A stretch of DNA of 64,000 nt from a virus (IMGVR_UViG_3300034061_004620); one strand, 5' to 3'. Shown: positions 11,281 through 21,227, numbered from the stretch's first letter. Notes: generated from the letters alone by a model not told the origin. Numbers and translations: made by a program.

Positions 11281-12391
11281 GATTGAGATCCTGTAACAAG
11301 GGCCTTATTTCTTGATCTAACAGGGAAGAAAATTCTCCGTACCAATCGCGTTCAATCATGACATGATAGTTGTGTTCCACTATATCTTTGACCTGTGTCA
11401 ACACAGTTTCAGGATCTTGTTTACACAGCCATGACACTTGATCCATGGCCATGGTCCAACGATGATGGGAATCTGGTTCGTTATCGTAACTTTCGTCAAT
11501 GATGCTATCAAAGGTTCGAAAACCAAAATCTCGTAGATTTTTCAAATAATGCTGACCAGCAACAGCTACAAACAATCTCTTTGATATAATGGGCTTGACA
11601 ATTTTTTCTGTATAAAAATTGTAATGATTCTCAAAGTTGGTTTCTGCAACAATGGAATAATTTGTTTGATTATAGACAGTCAATGGCACAACACAGCTAA
11701 TTCCCAGTCTATGTCCATAATATAACACTTGATCTATGCTATGCGAAAACTTCAAATCGGGAATAATTTCCACACCTTCTGTTTCCATAATAAAATTAGG
11801 ATTGTTATCTAACCTGGTTTGTATATTATGATAATAAGTCATAATGACTTGATCTTCAATTGATCTGGTTTTAACCCAATCATATACAAAATCTCTATGT
11901 ATTCGTTGAGCACCGAGCAAAGCATCAAATGCAATTGGTTTTACTCCTGGTAATAATTTATTATCTAAAAATCCTGGATGTAACTCTTTATAAAAATACA
12001 ATGTTTGGGTAAACCAATCCATCCAGGGGTACACACGAGCTGTATTAAACTTGTCTCTAAAGGCACCATTAACAAAAATAGTAATCTTGGGTCTGTCTAA
12101 TAGACGTAATTGTTCTTCGGTTCGAATATGTAATTCGCTACAGAATACAAATATTCTGTCGGTACAATCGTAAATTTGATCCAAGCGATCTAACCAGCCT
12201 GTTTCGGCAGGAAACGGCACATGAAAGCCGGCAAATTTTATCTTATATTCGCGTTCTATAAATTTATCAAGAGAATCGGCACCATAATAGTGCCGATGTC
12301 CATCAAACCTAATGTGCTTTAACATGTTGAAATGATATTGACTTGCACCGCTTCCTTCATGGTAGACGCCAACATCCTCAACTATAATCAT
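11267..12391 (-). CDS. Glycosyltransferase-like protein (GT10/exostosin-like C-terminus)
   Basis: SIVAETNFEN..FYTEKIVKPII, LKNLRDFGFRTFDSIIDESYD; paralogous to 36926. Confidence 0.55.
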   Translation of the reverse strand: MIIVEDVGVYHEGSGASQYHFNMLKHIRFDGHRHYYGADSLDKFIEREYKIKFAGFHVPFPAETGWLDRLDQIYDCTDRIFVFCSELHIRTEEQLRLLDRPKITIFVNGAFRDKFNTARVYPWMDWFTQTLYFYKELHPGFLDNKLLPGVKPIAFDALLGAQRIHRDFVYDWVKTRSIEDQVIMTYYHNIQTRLDNNPNFIMETEGVEIIPDLKFSHSIDQVLYYGHRLGISCVVPLTVYNQTNYSIVAETNFENHYNFYTEKIVKPIISKRLFVAVAGQHYLKNLRDFGFRTFDSIIDESYDNEPDSHHRWTMAMDQVSWLCKQDPETVLTQVKDIVEHNYHVMIERDWYGEFSSLLDQEIRPLLQDLNLREV

Positions 12392-12774
12392 TTTGATTTT
12401 GGTTTTTTTGTTGCAGTTTTCTTAACAGCAGCTTTGGCCTTGGTTGCAGTTTCTTTCACTTTGGCTTTGGCTTTGGTAGCTGTTTTCTTTGTTTTTTCAA
12501 CAACTACTTCGGCTGCGGCCACGGCGTCCTTGAGATCAACCTTACCATCTTTGTTTACGTCTAAGACCGAGGTAAGTGTAGGTACGCTTTCGTGTCCAAT
12601 TCCATCCGGTTTGGTTGTTGTTTCTGTTGGACGTGAAGTGGGAAATGGCCATGCTTCTGATGGTTTGGTTGCACCATCTAATGGATGTGATCCGGATTCT
12701 TCGAATTTGCGATCCTTCCATAAGAAATATGCTACAACAGCAACCGCTGCTACTATGATAATAAGTAATTCCAT
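12388..12774 (-). CDS. Membrane-anchored protein with an EF-hand-like loop and Lys/Ala-rich tail
   Basis: Hydrophobic N-terminus, DVNKDGKVDLKD, histone-H1-like KATAKAKAKVKETATKAK tail. Confidence 0.55.
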   Translation of the reverse strand: MELLIIIVAAVAVVAYFLWKDRKFEESGSHPLDGATKPSEAWPFPTSRPTETTTKPDGIGHESVPTLTSVLDVNKDGKVDLKDAVAAAEVVVEKTKKTATKAKAKVKETATKAKAAVKKTATKKPKSK

Positions 12775-12910
12775 TTGATTTCTCCTTGAATGTATTCTAA
12801 TATTTAGTGGTACAAAATGGTAAAATTAAATTCAAATAGTAGCATATTAATTGTTGCGTTGCAGCATAAATTACTGTATAATACACAAACATTAACTAAA
12901 GGAGATTATA

Positions 12911-13138
12911 ATGTTTACAGTTGATACAGTGGTCGACAATGCAGTAAAAACAAGTAAAGCAGTTCTTATCCATGTTCCAAATGAAGATGTTCGTACCAGT
13001 ATGGAAAAATTGGTAGAGGCCAATGCCACATTCGCCAAGACAGTTTACAACACCAGTTTTGAGTTGGCTAAAAATGTTGCTGATTCTGCAATTGCTTTCT
13101 TTCCCAAGCAACCTGCTGCTACCAGCAAAAGCAAATAA
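12911..13138 (+). CDS. Phasin-like small helical protein
   Basis: 75 aa, amphipathic and Ala/Thr/Lys-rich (MEKLVEANATFAKTVYNTSFELAK), with its own RBS (GGAG) and terminator. Confidence 0.45.
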   Translation: MFTVDTVVDNAVKTSKAVLIHVPNEDVRTSMEKLVEANATFAKTVYNTSFELAKNVADSAIAFFPKQPAATSKSK

Positions 13139-13160
13139 TTGCTAAAATAGCAAGATCCGT

Positions 13161-13200
13161 AAAAGCCCTGCTTGACAGGGCTTTTTTTATGTGTTAGTAT
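13161..13200 (+). terminator. Intrinsic terminator overlapping a sigma70 promoter
   Basis: AAAAGCCCTG-cttga-CAGGGCTTTT followed by a T-tract. TTGACA (13172) -17 nt- TAGTAT (13195) lies inside it. Confidence 0.75.
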
Positions 13201-13227
13201 ATAGATCCTACTAACTTACATTCATTT

Positions 13228-14116
13228 ATGTCGATGAATAAATTACTACTTAATTGTAGACCAGCCACGGTTTTTGATCCGTCCAACAAGGATCATCGTA
13301 GAGCATACTACAAATTTATTAAACTGTCCACTTGGGGTCGTAGTCCTTACCAGTTTTTGCTTGATCCTGGATTTGAAGATGTGCCCACCATGTGTCGTCA
13401 CAGACTGTGCGAATACTATGTGGGACGTGAATTTGGTGACAAACTGCTGGATCCACCACCTACCGGTAAAAATACCAAGCTAACTGTAGTCAAACTCAAA
13501 CCCAAACAAATGCTTGACTAAAATACTCATTTCTAATATAATTAACTCATCTTTTAATTTTACTGGAGATAGCACAATGGGTTTGGATATGTATGCCTAC
13601 GCCGCTGCAAAAGCAAATGAAGACTGGGGTACCGGATCACAACGAGAAATAGCCTATTGGCGCAAACACCCTAATCTACACGGATGGATGGAACAGCTAT
13701 GGCACCAAAAAGGCTTTCCACTTCCTAATTCAGACGAGCCTATGTTTAACGGTGTAGAAGTAGAGCTCACCTGGGAAGATTTAGATCAACTCGAGGAGGA
13801 TGTTAAAAATGGGCGGCTCCCATCTACTTCTGGTTTTTTCTTTGGTAGTGATAGCGATGATTATTATCGGCTACAAGATTTAGAATTTATTAGACAAGCT
13901 CGCGCTGAGCTTTTTACTGGACTCAAAGTTTTTTACAACTCCTCTTGGTAAGGAAATTATATGTCACAAGTAGAACGTTTTGCTAACGAAGCAGTTTTTA
14001 TTCTTCAACTTAACACTCGCGAGGCCACTCGTTATACCCGGCGTAATGCCGGTTGTACCGAGATAGTGGCCGAAACTGCTATTAAACAGGCCCTCACATG
14101 GTATCGTCAAAAGTAA
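13228..14116 (+). other. Three conserved-type hypothetical phage ORFs (13228..13521, 13577..13951, 13961..14116)
   Basis: RBS-preceded ORFs; MGLDMYAY...YWRKHPNLHGWM...VFYNSSW is a recurrent phage family. Confidence 0.65.
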
Positions 14117-14370
14117 TAGTGATTGGCACGGTGATGCTGAGTGGGTGTGCTTTGTTGCCGCCTACTGAGCATCCTACTCCCAATGCCACCATATCACGAT
14201 GGGGTGTAAACTGTGCCAATCCTGCTGTTGAACGAAGTTTGTTTGAACGCAATCTCAAACTGATTGATAAAACTCAACTGGAGCAAAATACAGTGGCAAG
14301 AGAAAAGGTCGCTATCATTAACGATAAAATATTAGAATCAGACGACAAATGCGGATCACGTTCACGATAA
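14098..14370 (+). CDS. Putative lipoprotein (true start probably GTG ~14119)
   Basis: Lipobox LSGC after a hydrophobic stretch. Confidence 0.55.
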   Translation: MVSSKVIVIGTVMLSGCALLPPTEHPTPNATISRWGVNCANPAVERSLFERNLKLIDKTQLEQNTVAREKVAIINDKILESDDKCGSRSR

Positions 14371-14669
14371 TCTGTTTGTGCTTGTTTGGTGGTTGTTCGT
14401 CTATGACCACCGAAACAAGATTGACAACAAAAGATCTCAATCATTATCAAATTGATTGCAGTGCCGAAGGCCAAAAGCAATTTCTTGAAAGTCAGCGTGT
14501 GAGCGAACGCGATGAGATCGTTAATGCACTGTTAATTCGCAGCTGGTTTGGATATATTGCATCTATCAACGACGGCACGTATCAAGAACGTAGAAACATA
14601 GACGAAGGTCGGCGCAGTGCAGTACAGCGCATGGCCGAATATGACAGGCGTAAAACATGCAGAGATTGA
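14349..14669 (+). CDS. Putative lipoprotein
   Basis: MRITFTIICLCLFGGC lipobox. Confidence 0.6.
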   Translation: MRITFTIICLCLFGGCSSMTTETRLTTKDLNHYQIDCSAEGQKQFLESQRVSERDEIVNALLIRSWFGYIASINDGTYQERRNIDEGRRSAVQRMAEYDRRKTCRD

Positions 14670-15256
14670 TTGCTACCTTATTAATTGCCACAGCAGCCAC
14701 AGCTTCAGCTGAGTGTTATCAGCGGCGCGAAATATTGAGTGTTGGCGGCTTGCCAATTGACAGTCGACGTGAAAGTCATGTACAGGTTCAACCCAATCAC
14801 TACAAATGTACCTATTCATTTAGAGTTTTGGTAGATCGTACCTGGACCTGGGCCGAAAAGTACGGTGAAGCTAACACAGCAGTTCGTGCTTGTTTGGCCG
14901 CACATGATGCTGCCAGTACCTGGCTCATGACTGCCGTTCCTGAACATGACATTAGTGTACAGCAAAATGTGGAAACTGTATGCGACACTGCCAAAAAACA
15001 GCCCAGACTTGTGCGAATCGGGCAAGAAGTCAATCTCAGCGATTTGACCATTGATCCAAAATTTGTCAACGCGGATGGTTCGATTCGTTTTGTTCGTCCG
15101 GTTGATGCACCTGAGCTCACATGCAGTATCTTCTTGGAAACGGTAATTAGACCCGACGGTGTTGCTGTTCAAAACAAAGGTTATGTGTGTAAGACTGGAT
15201 CCACTTGGACTGTTTGGAAGAAATGGGAAAACAGCCGAATTGACAATAAACAATAA
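14657..15256 (+). CDS. Secreted Cys-containing protein
   Basis: Sec signal MQRLIATLLIATAATASA and paired cysteines. Confidence 0.6.
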   Translation: MQRLIATLLIATAATASAECYQRREILSVGGLPIDSRRESHVQVQPNHYKCTYSFRVLVDRTWTWAEKYGEANTAVRACLAAHDAASTWLMTAVPEHDISVQQNVETVCDTAKKQPRLVRIGQEVNLSDLTIDPKFVNADGSIRFVRPVDAPELTCSIFLETVIRPDGVAVQNKGYVCKTGSTWTVWKKWENSRIDNKQ

Positions 15257-15298
15257 TTATCTTATACTTTAATCATGTTAGATTTTATAGGTGACGTT

Positions 15299-15418
15299 AT
15301 GAAAGCAGTAATTTTTGCAGTTGTGATTGGCCTCACTGGTTGTGGTACAGTGGGTGGAGCAGTAAGTGGTGCCGGCACCGATTTACAAAAGGCCGGCGAT
15401 TGGATTAAATCTAAATAA
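15299..15418 (+). CDS. Entericidin EcnA/B-family small lipoprotein
   Basis: Not in the ORF track. MKAVIFAVVIGLTGCGTVGGAVSGAGTDLQKAGDWIKSK: lipobox LTGC plus the GxGxDlqxAG family pattern; RBS AGGTGA. Confidence 0.75.
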   Translation: MKAVIFAVVIGLTGCGTVGGAVSGAGTDLQKAGDWIKSK

Positions 15419-15428
15419 GAGGTAAATT

Positions 15429-15992
15429 ATGTATAAAGTAATTCCAGTAATTCTTGCAGTAATGTTGACAGCCTGTAGCAGCACCAAGGATCCTGGTGTC
15501 AAGATGGCCGAAGAAGCTCGCGAGCGTAGAGTGGATGCTGCCAGAACTGTGATCAAGAGTCAACCCAAGTGGTACCGTGAAGGTTGCCCTGCTACCACCG
15601 AAATTGCCTGTGCTATGTCTACCGAAACATCAGACAATATGCAAGCAGCTTTGGACAATGCTGTTGAATTTGCCAAAGGCCAAATTTGTGACACAGCCGG
15701 TGGACAAGTAGACAAGGTTAGTAAAACTTTTAGAACACAGGAAGGTAAAAATTCCAGCACTAATACTAAGACTGCGATTCGCAGCAAGTGTCCAAGTGTA
15801 GATATTACTGGTGCCTATCTTGCCGAACGTGAAGTGATTGCACTAAACGATGGTACATTTCAGGCTTATGTAAAAGTGGTGCTGCCAATTGGTGAGAATC
15901 CATTGAAAGACCGCAAGGATCGTATGATTCTCAATCGAGCCAACGAAGTGGAAGGCGAGAAACTGCTACGAGAGTTAGACAACAAGCAATAA
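15429..15992 (+). CDS. Lipoprotein (LPP20-like)
   Basis: Lipobox LTAC; QPKWY, MQAALDNAVEFAKGQI. Confidence 0.6.
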   Translation: MYKVIPVILAVMLTACSSTKDPGVKMAEEARERRVDAARTVIKSQPKWYREGCPATTEIACAMSTETSDNMQAALDNAVEFAKGQICDTAGGQVDKVSKTFRTQEGKNSSTNTKTAIRSKCPSVDITGAYLAEREVIALNDGTFQAYVKVVLPIGENPLKDRKDRMILNRANEVEGEKLLRELDNKQ

Positions 15993-16012
15993 GTTTTTTT
16001 ATCACGCATTTG

Positions 16013-16048
16013 ACCCGGACTGGTTAAATACCTCGTCCGGGTTTTATT
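16013..16048 (+). promoter_or_regulatory. Hairpin with a late-promoter box in its loop, just upstream of the 16049 start
   Basis: ACCCGGAC/GTCCGGGT stem, TAAATA at 16025 in the loop, T-run then ATG. Confidence 0.55.
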
Positions 16049-16900
16049 ATGAATTTCAAATACCTACATATAACATACTGCGGTGCCGATCAAAACGACG
16101 TATTAGAAGTTAAATATCGGCTACGCAATACTCCAATTACACATAAATGGGTAGAACGAGTGCTTCGGGCCCAAGAACTCGGCTATCCCATTGATGATCC
16201 TGGTAGATTTTACGGATTTGGAAGCATAGAGCAACAAACCAATAATGCACTTAAAGATATCAATGATTTAATAGGCCAATTGAATCAATGGACCACAATT
16301 GATTATTATTTACAGTCTGTCTATGACCAAGACACACTAAACCGACTACACCATATATTTGAAATAGAACATGGATTATTAGATAAAAAAGATACAAATC
16401 ACGAATACAAACAAGCATTGTGCAATCTCAACTTGTTAGTGCATCGCTGCGAAAGTATAGCAAGAGGCGCTTATCAAAGGCACGTAGTCACTTACTATGG
16501 ATTACCTAAAACCGAAGTTTTAAATGATCTTGATTATCAGTATTTTGACGCCAAAGTAACTTTTGGCACAGTTTATATTAACTATGTAGAAATTGGTAAA
16601 ACATTGTTTGACCTAATGATGGATAATGACTCTTATATAGATTCAACTGCATTTCAACCTTTTTATCACTATTCTGCAGATTTTGTTGTGCGTTTTTGGA
16701 ATGATGACGACAATAATTTACATGATAAACTTAGAGTGTATTATGATAAACATCAAGACTTTTTTATGTCCCTTGGTTATACTTGGGAAAACTTGTCCCG
16801 GAGTATAGGCAGCATTCCAGTGGCTGATTTAGATTATTCCGGGGATATTATTCAACAATTAGAACACAGACAATTTGTAAAAGCTGTCCAATTCTGTTAA
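16049..16900 (+). CDS. Hypothetical protein
   Basis: 283-aa ORF (LNRLHHIFE, LNLLVHRCES); no recognisable family. Confidence 0.7.
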   Translation: MNFKYLHITYCGADQNDVLEVKYRLRNTPITHKWVERVLRAQELGYPIDDPGRFYGFGSIEQQTNNALKDINDLIGQLNQWTTIDYYLQSVYDQDTLNRLHHIFEIEHGLLDKKDTNHEYKQALCNLNLLVHRCESIARGAYQRHVVTYYGLPKTEVLNDLDYQYFDAKVTFGTVYINYVEIGKTLFDLMMDNDSYIDSTAFQPFYHYSADFVVRFWNDDDNNLHDKLRVYYDKHQDFFMSLGYTWENLSRSIGSIPVADLDYSGDIIQQLEHRQFVKAVQFC

Positions 16901-16903
16901 ACA

Positions 16904-16910
16904 ATAAATA
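16904..16910 (+). promoter_or_regulatory. T4-like late promoter box ATAAATA
   Basis: Immediately before the 16915 cluster. The same box precedes 3406, 24709, 46666, 57763, 58565 and 59419. Confidence 0.55.
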
Positions 16911-16914
16911 CAAA

Positions 16915-17568
16915 ATGCGCTTATACGAACTTGAACAACAATCCCACGGTCGTCCAGAAATCTTCTTGGACATGGACGGCGTTTTAGCAGACTTTTTTTC
17001 AGAATATGCAAAATTGGCCGGTGTGCCTGCTGATGTCCAAAGCGGACGAGCTGATTACCGTAATATCCCTGCAGAACTACGTGAACCTGTAATTGCACAG
17101 ATGCGTGGTACAGACTTCTTTTATAGACTGCCCAAATTTGCAAGTGCTGATAGACTGGTAGCAATGGCGATACAAGTGTTTGGCTACTACAACATCTGCA
17201 GCAGTCCTCTACGTGGAGACAATCAAAACAGTGAAGCCATGAAACGAGCTTGGATAGCTGAAAACCTAAATCCACAGCCCCGGGTGATTCGTATTACGGG
17301 TCGCAAGGGCAAGTATGCAAAACAAGCAGATGGCACACCCAATATCTTGGTCGATGATCGTAATAGTGTGCTAACAGAATGGGAACAAAGTGGCGGTATT
17401 GGTATCAAGTATCAAGCAGACGAAGACAGCCTGGATGTGGTTGCAAAGGGATTACGTCGAGCATTAGAAATAGTCAAGGGCAAAAGAGAACATGTTCCGC
17501 AAGATATACAAAGTCGAGACTATGGTAAGATGATTGCTGGGCCACAGGATAAACAAGATGCGAGCTAA
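16915..17568 (+). CDS. 5'(3')-deoxyribonucleotidase, HAD superfamily
   Basis: IFLDMDGVLADF (DxD), SSP, K, ILVDDR; N-terminal MRLYE pro-peptide. Confidence 0.85.
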   Translation: MRLYELEQQSHGRPEIFLDMDGVLADFFSEYAKLAGVPADVQSGRADYRNIPAELREPVIAQMRGTDFFYRLPKFASADRLVAMAIQVFGYYNICSSPLRGDNQNSEAMKRAWIAENLNPQPRVIRITGRKGKYAKQADGTPNILVDDRNSVLTEWEQSGGIGIKYQADEDSLDVVAKGLRRALEIVKGKREHVPQDIQSRDYGKMIAGPQDKQDAS

Positions 17569-17947
17569 AGAATTTGTAGTAGAAAGTACCTTTCGTGATC
17601 ACGAATCGCAACTGCGTGACTTTGTGGTATGGTGCGTAAAAGAATTGAACATTGAACAAGCTTTGCCAAAGATTCGTTTTCAAGATGCTAAGGAAGGTCC
17701 AGATCAACATAGAACAGGTTATTATGATGATGCCGAAGACATCATGTGGATTTACACCGGCAACAGAAACTTGATTGATATCATGCGTACAGTGGCGCAC
17801 GAATTGGCTCACAGAAAGCAATACGAGGACAACATGGTTGATGGCGATCAGGCTTACCCTGGGTCACCAATTGAACAACAAGCCGATGCAGTGGCTGGAT
17901 ATCTAATGAAGCTGTATGGCAAGGCCAATCCGGAGATCATTGAGTGA
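17558..17947 (+). CDS. Zincin-like metallopeptidase
   Basis: RTVAHELAHRKQ (HExxH) and EQQADAVAG. Start MRAKEFVVE. Confidence 0.75.
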   Translation: MRAKEFVVESTFRDHESQLRDFVVWCVKELNIEQALPKIRFQDAKEGPDQHRTGYYDDAEDIMWIYTGNRNLIDIMRTVAHELAHRKQYEDNMVDGDQAYPGSPIEQQADAVAGYLMKLYGKANPEIIE

Positions 17948-18522
17948 GAGCAAGAGAGTTTATAAAAGAAGAACGCGAAGAGTGGTATAGTATGAATACT
18001 CCTCTGATGCAACAACAATTTGATCAGTGGGATCAACAAAAACGCGGCCGTAATGCTCTAACCACTATGCCGTTGCCAAAAACCGATTCCAGATACACGG
18101 TAGGACCTGATTTTGTTAAAGACCCAGCGGCGCCAAGTGATCTGATAAGAAACCCGCAGGTGGCCAAAGAATTAGGCTTTCCTGGTGGTTGGACTGACAA
18201 CAAGCCCGTACGAATGACACGAAAAATGCTTGACCCTGCTACAGGCAATGTTCAATTGGGTCCTGATAAACTTGTACAACCAGGCACGGAAGAATACGCA
18301 GAATTACAACAACGAGTCAATCCCATAACAGGCAGAATTCGTAATGCTGTCAATGCACGAATACCAAAGGGACCATCTGAACCGCCCAGTCCGGAACACG
18401 AGCTACGATCAAATGTGTTCAGAAATCAAACCCAGGATAAAGGCAAAGAAGCAACATTTCCAAGTGATCAGCCCAGAGGCTATCGCATAGGCGATCCTTT
18501 TAGACAGAAATACAGAACATGA
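17944..18522 (+). CDS. Hypothetical protein, putative internal head protein
   Basis: MRAREFIKE N-terminus; Pro/Gln-rich. Confidence 0.6.
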   Translation: MRAREFIKEEREEWYSMNTPLMQQQFDQWDQQKRGRNALTTMPLPKTDSRYTVGPDFVKDPAAPSDLIRNPQVAKELGFPGGWTDNKPVRMTRKMLDPATGNVQLGPDKLVQPGTEEYAELQQRVNPITGRIRNAVNARIPKGPSEPPSPEHELRSNVFRNQTQDKGKEATFPSDQPRGYRIGDPFRQKYRT

Positions 18523-21227
18523 GATACAAAGAATTTAACTTAACCGAAGACGAACTGTTTGAGCTCAACATGAGCCCAACCAATCTGGCCAAGATGGTCA
18601 AAGGCATTGATGCCCGAGTGGGCATGGAGTTTGAACTGATTGTGCCCAATGTTGATAATCCCGACGAAGATGAATATGAAAGCGAACCTGACTATGATGC
18701 CGATGAAAGTTTCCCTACTGGTCCCGGGTGGACAAGAGATGTAATTGATTTCTTCCGCGGTGGCGACATGGGCAACAGTAGAGCCCTTATACAACGCCAA
18801 ATTGATGAATTAAATGAAAACTTTTATGCGTGGGTAGACGAAGATCAAGAAGAATTTATAAATTCCGTTGAAGGACAAGATCGCATCACAGAAATTGCAG
18901 GCAGCAATGTAGATAGATCAGATTATGACACTGATGAAGAGTATGTAGCGGCCATTCAAGCCTACATCGACGAAAATGAGGACTACATTCGTGATGAGTT
19001 GATTGACGAATACAACGACAATCTTGACAGTAAATTTGAAGAATGGTTAGATGACCAAGGCATCAACACCATGGCTGACTTTGCCAACGAGTACGATTTA
19101 GAATGGCCGTATTGGACCCAGCCGGATTACAACAGCGGTGGTGGTGCCAGTATTGATGCAGTAGCTGATGACTTTAGTCAAGCCATTGGTCGTCCAGTAA
19201 ATGCAGCCAGCAGTTATCATGGCGCCACAAGACGCCCCGGACACTATGTGGTAGAACCTGACGGTAGCTTGCAGGGAGACCAGGGCGAAACAGGACTGGA
19301 GTTTGTTAGTCCTGTGCTGACCGTAGATGAAATGCTGTCTGACATAGACAAGGTGGTGGCGTGGGCTGAGCGAGCAGGCGCCTATACCAACAGCAGCACA
19401 GGCTTGCACATGAATGTTAGTGTGCCCAATCAGAAAAATCTTGACTATGTGAAATTGGCCATGTTCCTGGGCGACAACTACATCCTGGAACAGTTTGGTA
19501 GAGAAGGTAATACCTATTGTAAATCTGCTCTAAAGAAAATTGTCACCATGGGTCGCGGTGATCCCAGTCGTGTTGAAGAAATGATGCGTCAGTTCCAGGG
19601 CGGACTAAGTGAATTGGCCAGCAAAATATTACATACAGGTAGCACAGAAAAATTTACCAGCATAAACAATCGTGATCAGTGGGTGGAATTCCGTGGCCCG
19701 GGCGGTGATTGGATGACTGGCGACGCCGGTATAACCACTGTGAAAAACACCTTGCTCAGAGCAGTGGCAGCACTTAGTGTGGCTACTAAGCCCGAAGAGT
19801 TCAAACAAGAATACTACAAGAAATTGTACAAAACTCTAACACAAGGCCGGGAAGATGATACCATCCAATACTTTGCCAAGTATGCAGCCGGTGAATTACC
19901 ACAAAGTGCATTGAAAGCATTTGTAAGAAACATTCAGGGCAAGAGAAAAGCTAATAAACTTGCACTTGGTGCCAAAGACATCTTGTTGGTATGGAAGGTT
20001 ATTGGTAGCCAAAACAGCCCTTATCAAAGCCAAGGCGTAGAAGTTGTGGCCATGGATGAGTTGGGTGCATACAAAGAAGCTATTAAAAAATGGAGCCTAA
20101 ACTTGGGTGGTAATAGTATAGAAGATTACACTCAGCAAAATGGTTGGCGAGCTCAACCCGTACGAGCAGCTACCAGCAATGATATGAACATGGCTTCGAA
20201 CAAGTTTTATCGTGTGGCAGTAGGTGGCAGACCTGACCGGAAAGTATATGTAAGAGCAATGAGTGAATACCAGGCAAAAACTTTAGCTGTTCAAAGACAC
20301 GCTGATGTATTTGCCAATGTGACCTTTGATGACATGGTAGCAATTCATGATCCGGACTATCAAGGTGAAGAAACTGCTGTAGCTGCGATGCGAGCCAGAT
20401 CAGGAGAACCTATACCAGCTGGCGCTGTAGGTGGAGAACAAAGCACAGATGCCAACTATGAAATCTATAACACAGAAACTAATCGTAGTATGTTTAGATT
20501 TATTGCTAACACCGATCCTGAAGCCGAAAGAAAGTATCAAGATTGGTTATCTGGCTCCAACAGTAGTCCAGAATTATTCAAGTGGCGTAGAATAGAAAAC
20601 CGTGGCATACCTGGATCAACTGCTGAATTACAGAGACAACGAACTGCACAAACACCAAGTCGTGATCAAGAATTTACCGGGCACTGGGAAGTAGTTAGTA
20701 GAAACACCAATGAGGTTGTATCCGTAATAAGCGGTATCGGAAACGCAGTAGCGGACGCCGAAAGACACGCAGCAAGATGGCAACAACAAACAGGGTTTGA
20801 TGATCCTATTTACGTGAGACCACTCATGCGACCAAGAGACAATCTGTCACGCAATCAAGGTGAAGTTCAACAACGATTCACAGTTGATTACACTATACGT
20901 CAGTACGGAGATATTATGAACAATAGGGTCACTGTTCCTGCGGCCAATGCCGACGCTGCTATGGCCAACGTTAGAAATCAACTTGAAGCCAGTAGAGCTG
21001 AGGTTCTCAGAATTGAAGCTGATCCTGTGACACAGGCACCAGCTCGAGGTACTGAAAGCCTACCACCAGGCAATACTCGTTGGTTGGTATTAGATCAAAA
21101 TGATCGTGAAGTGTATAGTTTTGTTCATCGCAGCAACCAAGGCGAAGCAAATCAGTATGCTGCGAATTGGTTAAGAGGAAACAACATGGTTGGACAAGGT
21201 GAATTTACTGTGGTGCCAGCAAGATGA
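18519..21227 (+). CDS. Putative amidoligase (COOH-NH2 ligase) with repeated C-terminal domains
   Basis: VGMEFEL, VEPDGSL, GLEFVSP, STGLHMNVS, WVEFRGPGG; several ~45-aa similar modules after residue ~500. Confidence 0.8.
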   Translation: MRYKEFNLTEDELFELNMSPTNLAKMVKGIDARVGMEFELIVPNVDNPDEDEYESEPDYDADESFPTGPGWTRDVIDFFRGGDMGNSRALIQRQIDELNENFYAWVDEDQEEFINSVEGQDRITEIAGSNVDRSDYDTDEEYVAAIQAYIDENEDYIRDELIDEYNDNLDSKFEEWLDDQGINTMADFANEYDLEWPYWTQPDYNSGGGASIDAVADDFSQAIGRPVNAASSYHGATRRPGHYVVEPDGSLQGDQGETGLEFVSPVLTVDEMLSDIDKVVAWAERAGAYTNSSTGLHMNVSVPNQKNLDYVKLAMFLGDNYILEQFGREGNTYCKSALKKIVTMGRGDPSRVEEMMRQFQGGLSELASKILHTGSTEKFTSINNRDQWVEFRGPGGDWMTGDAGITTVKNTLLRAVAALSVATKPEEFKQEYYKKLYKTLTQGREDDTIQYFAKYAAGELPQSALKAFVRNIQGKRKANKLALGAKDILLVWKVIGSQNSPYQSQGVEVVAMDELGAYKEAIKKWSLNLGGNSIEDYTQQNGWRAQPVRAATSNDMNMASNKFYRVAVGGRPDRKVYVRAMSEYQAKTLAVQRHADVFANVTFDDMVAIHDPDYQGEETAVAAMRARSGEPIPAGAVGGEQSTDANYEIYNTETNRSMFRFIANTDPEAERKYQDWLSGSNSSPELFKWRRIENRGIPGSTAELQRQRTAQTPSRDQEFTGHWEVVSRNTNEVVSVISGIGNAVADAERHAARWQQQTGFDDPIYVRPLMRPRDNLSRNQGEVQQRFTVDYTIRQYGDIMNNRVTVPAANADAAMANVRNQLEASRAEVLRIEADPVTQAPARGTESLPPGNTRWLVLDQNDREVYSFVHRSNQGEANQYAANWLRGNNMVGQGEFTVVPAR

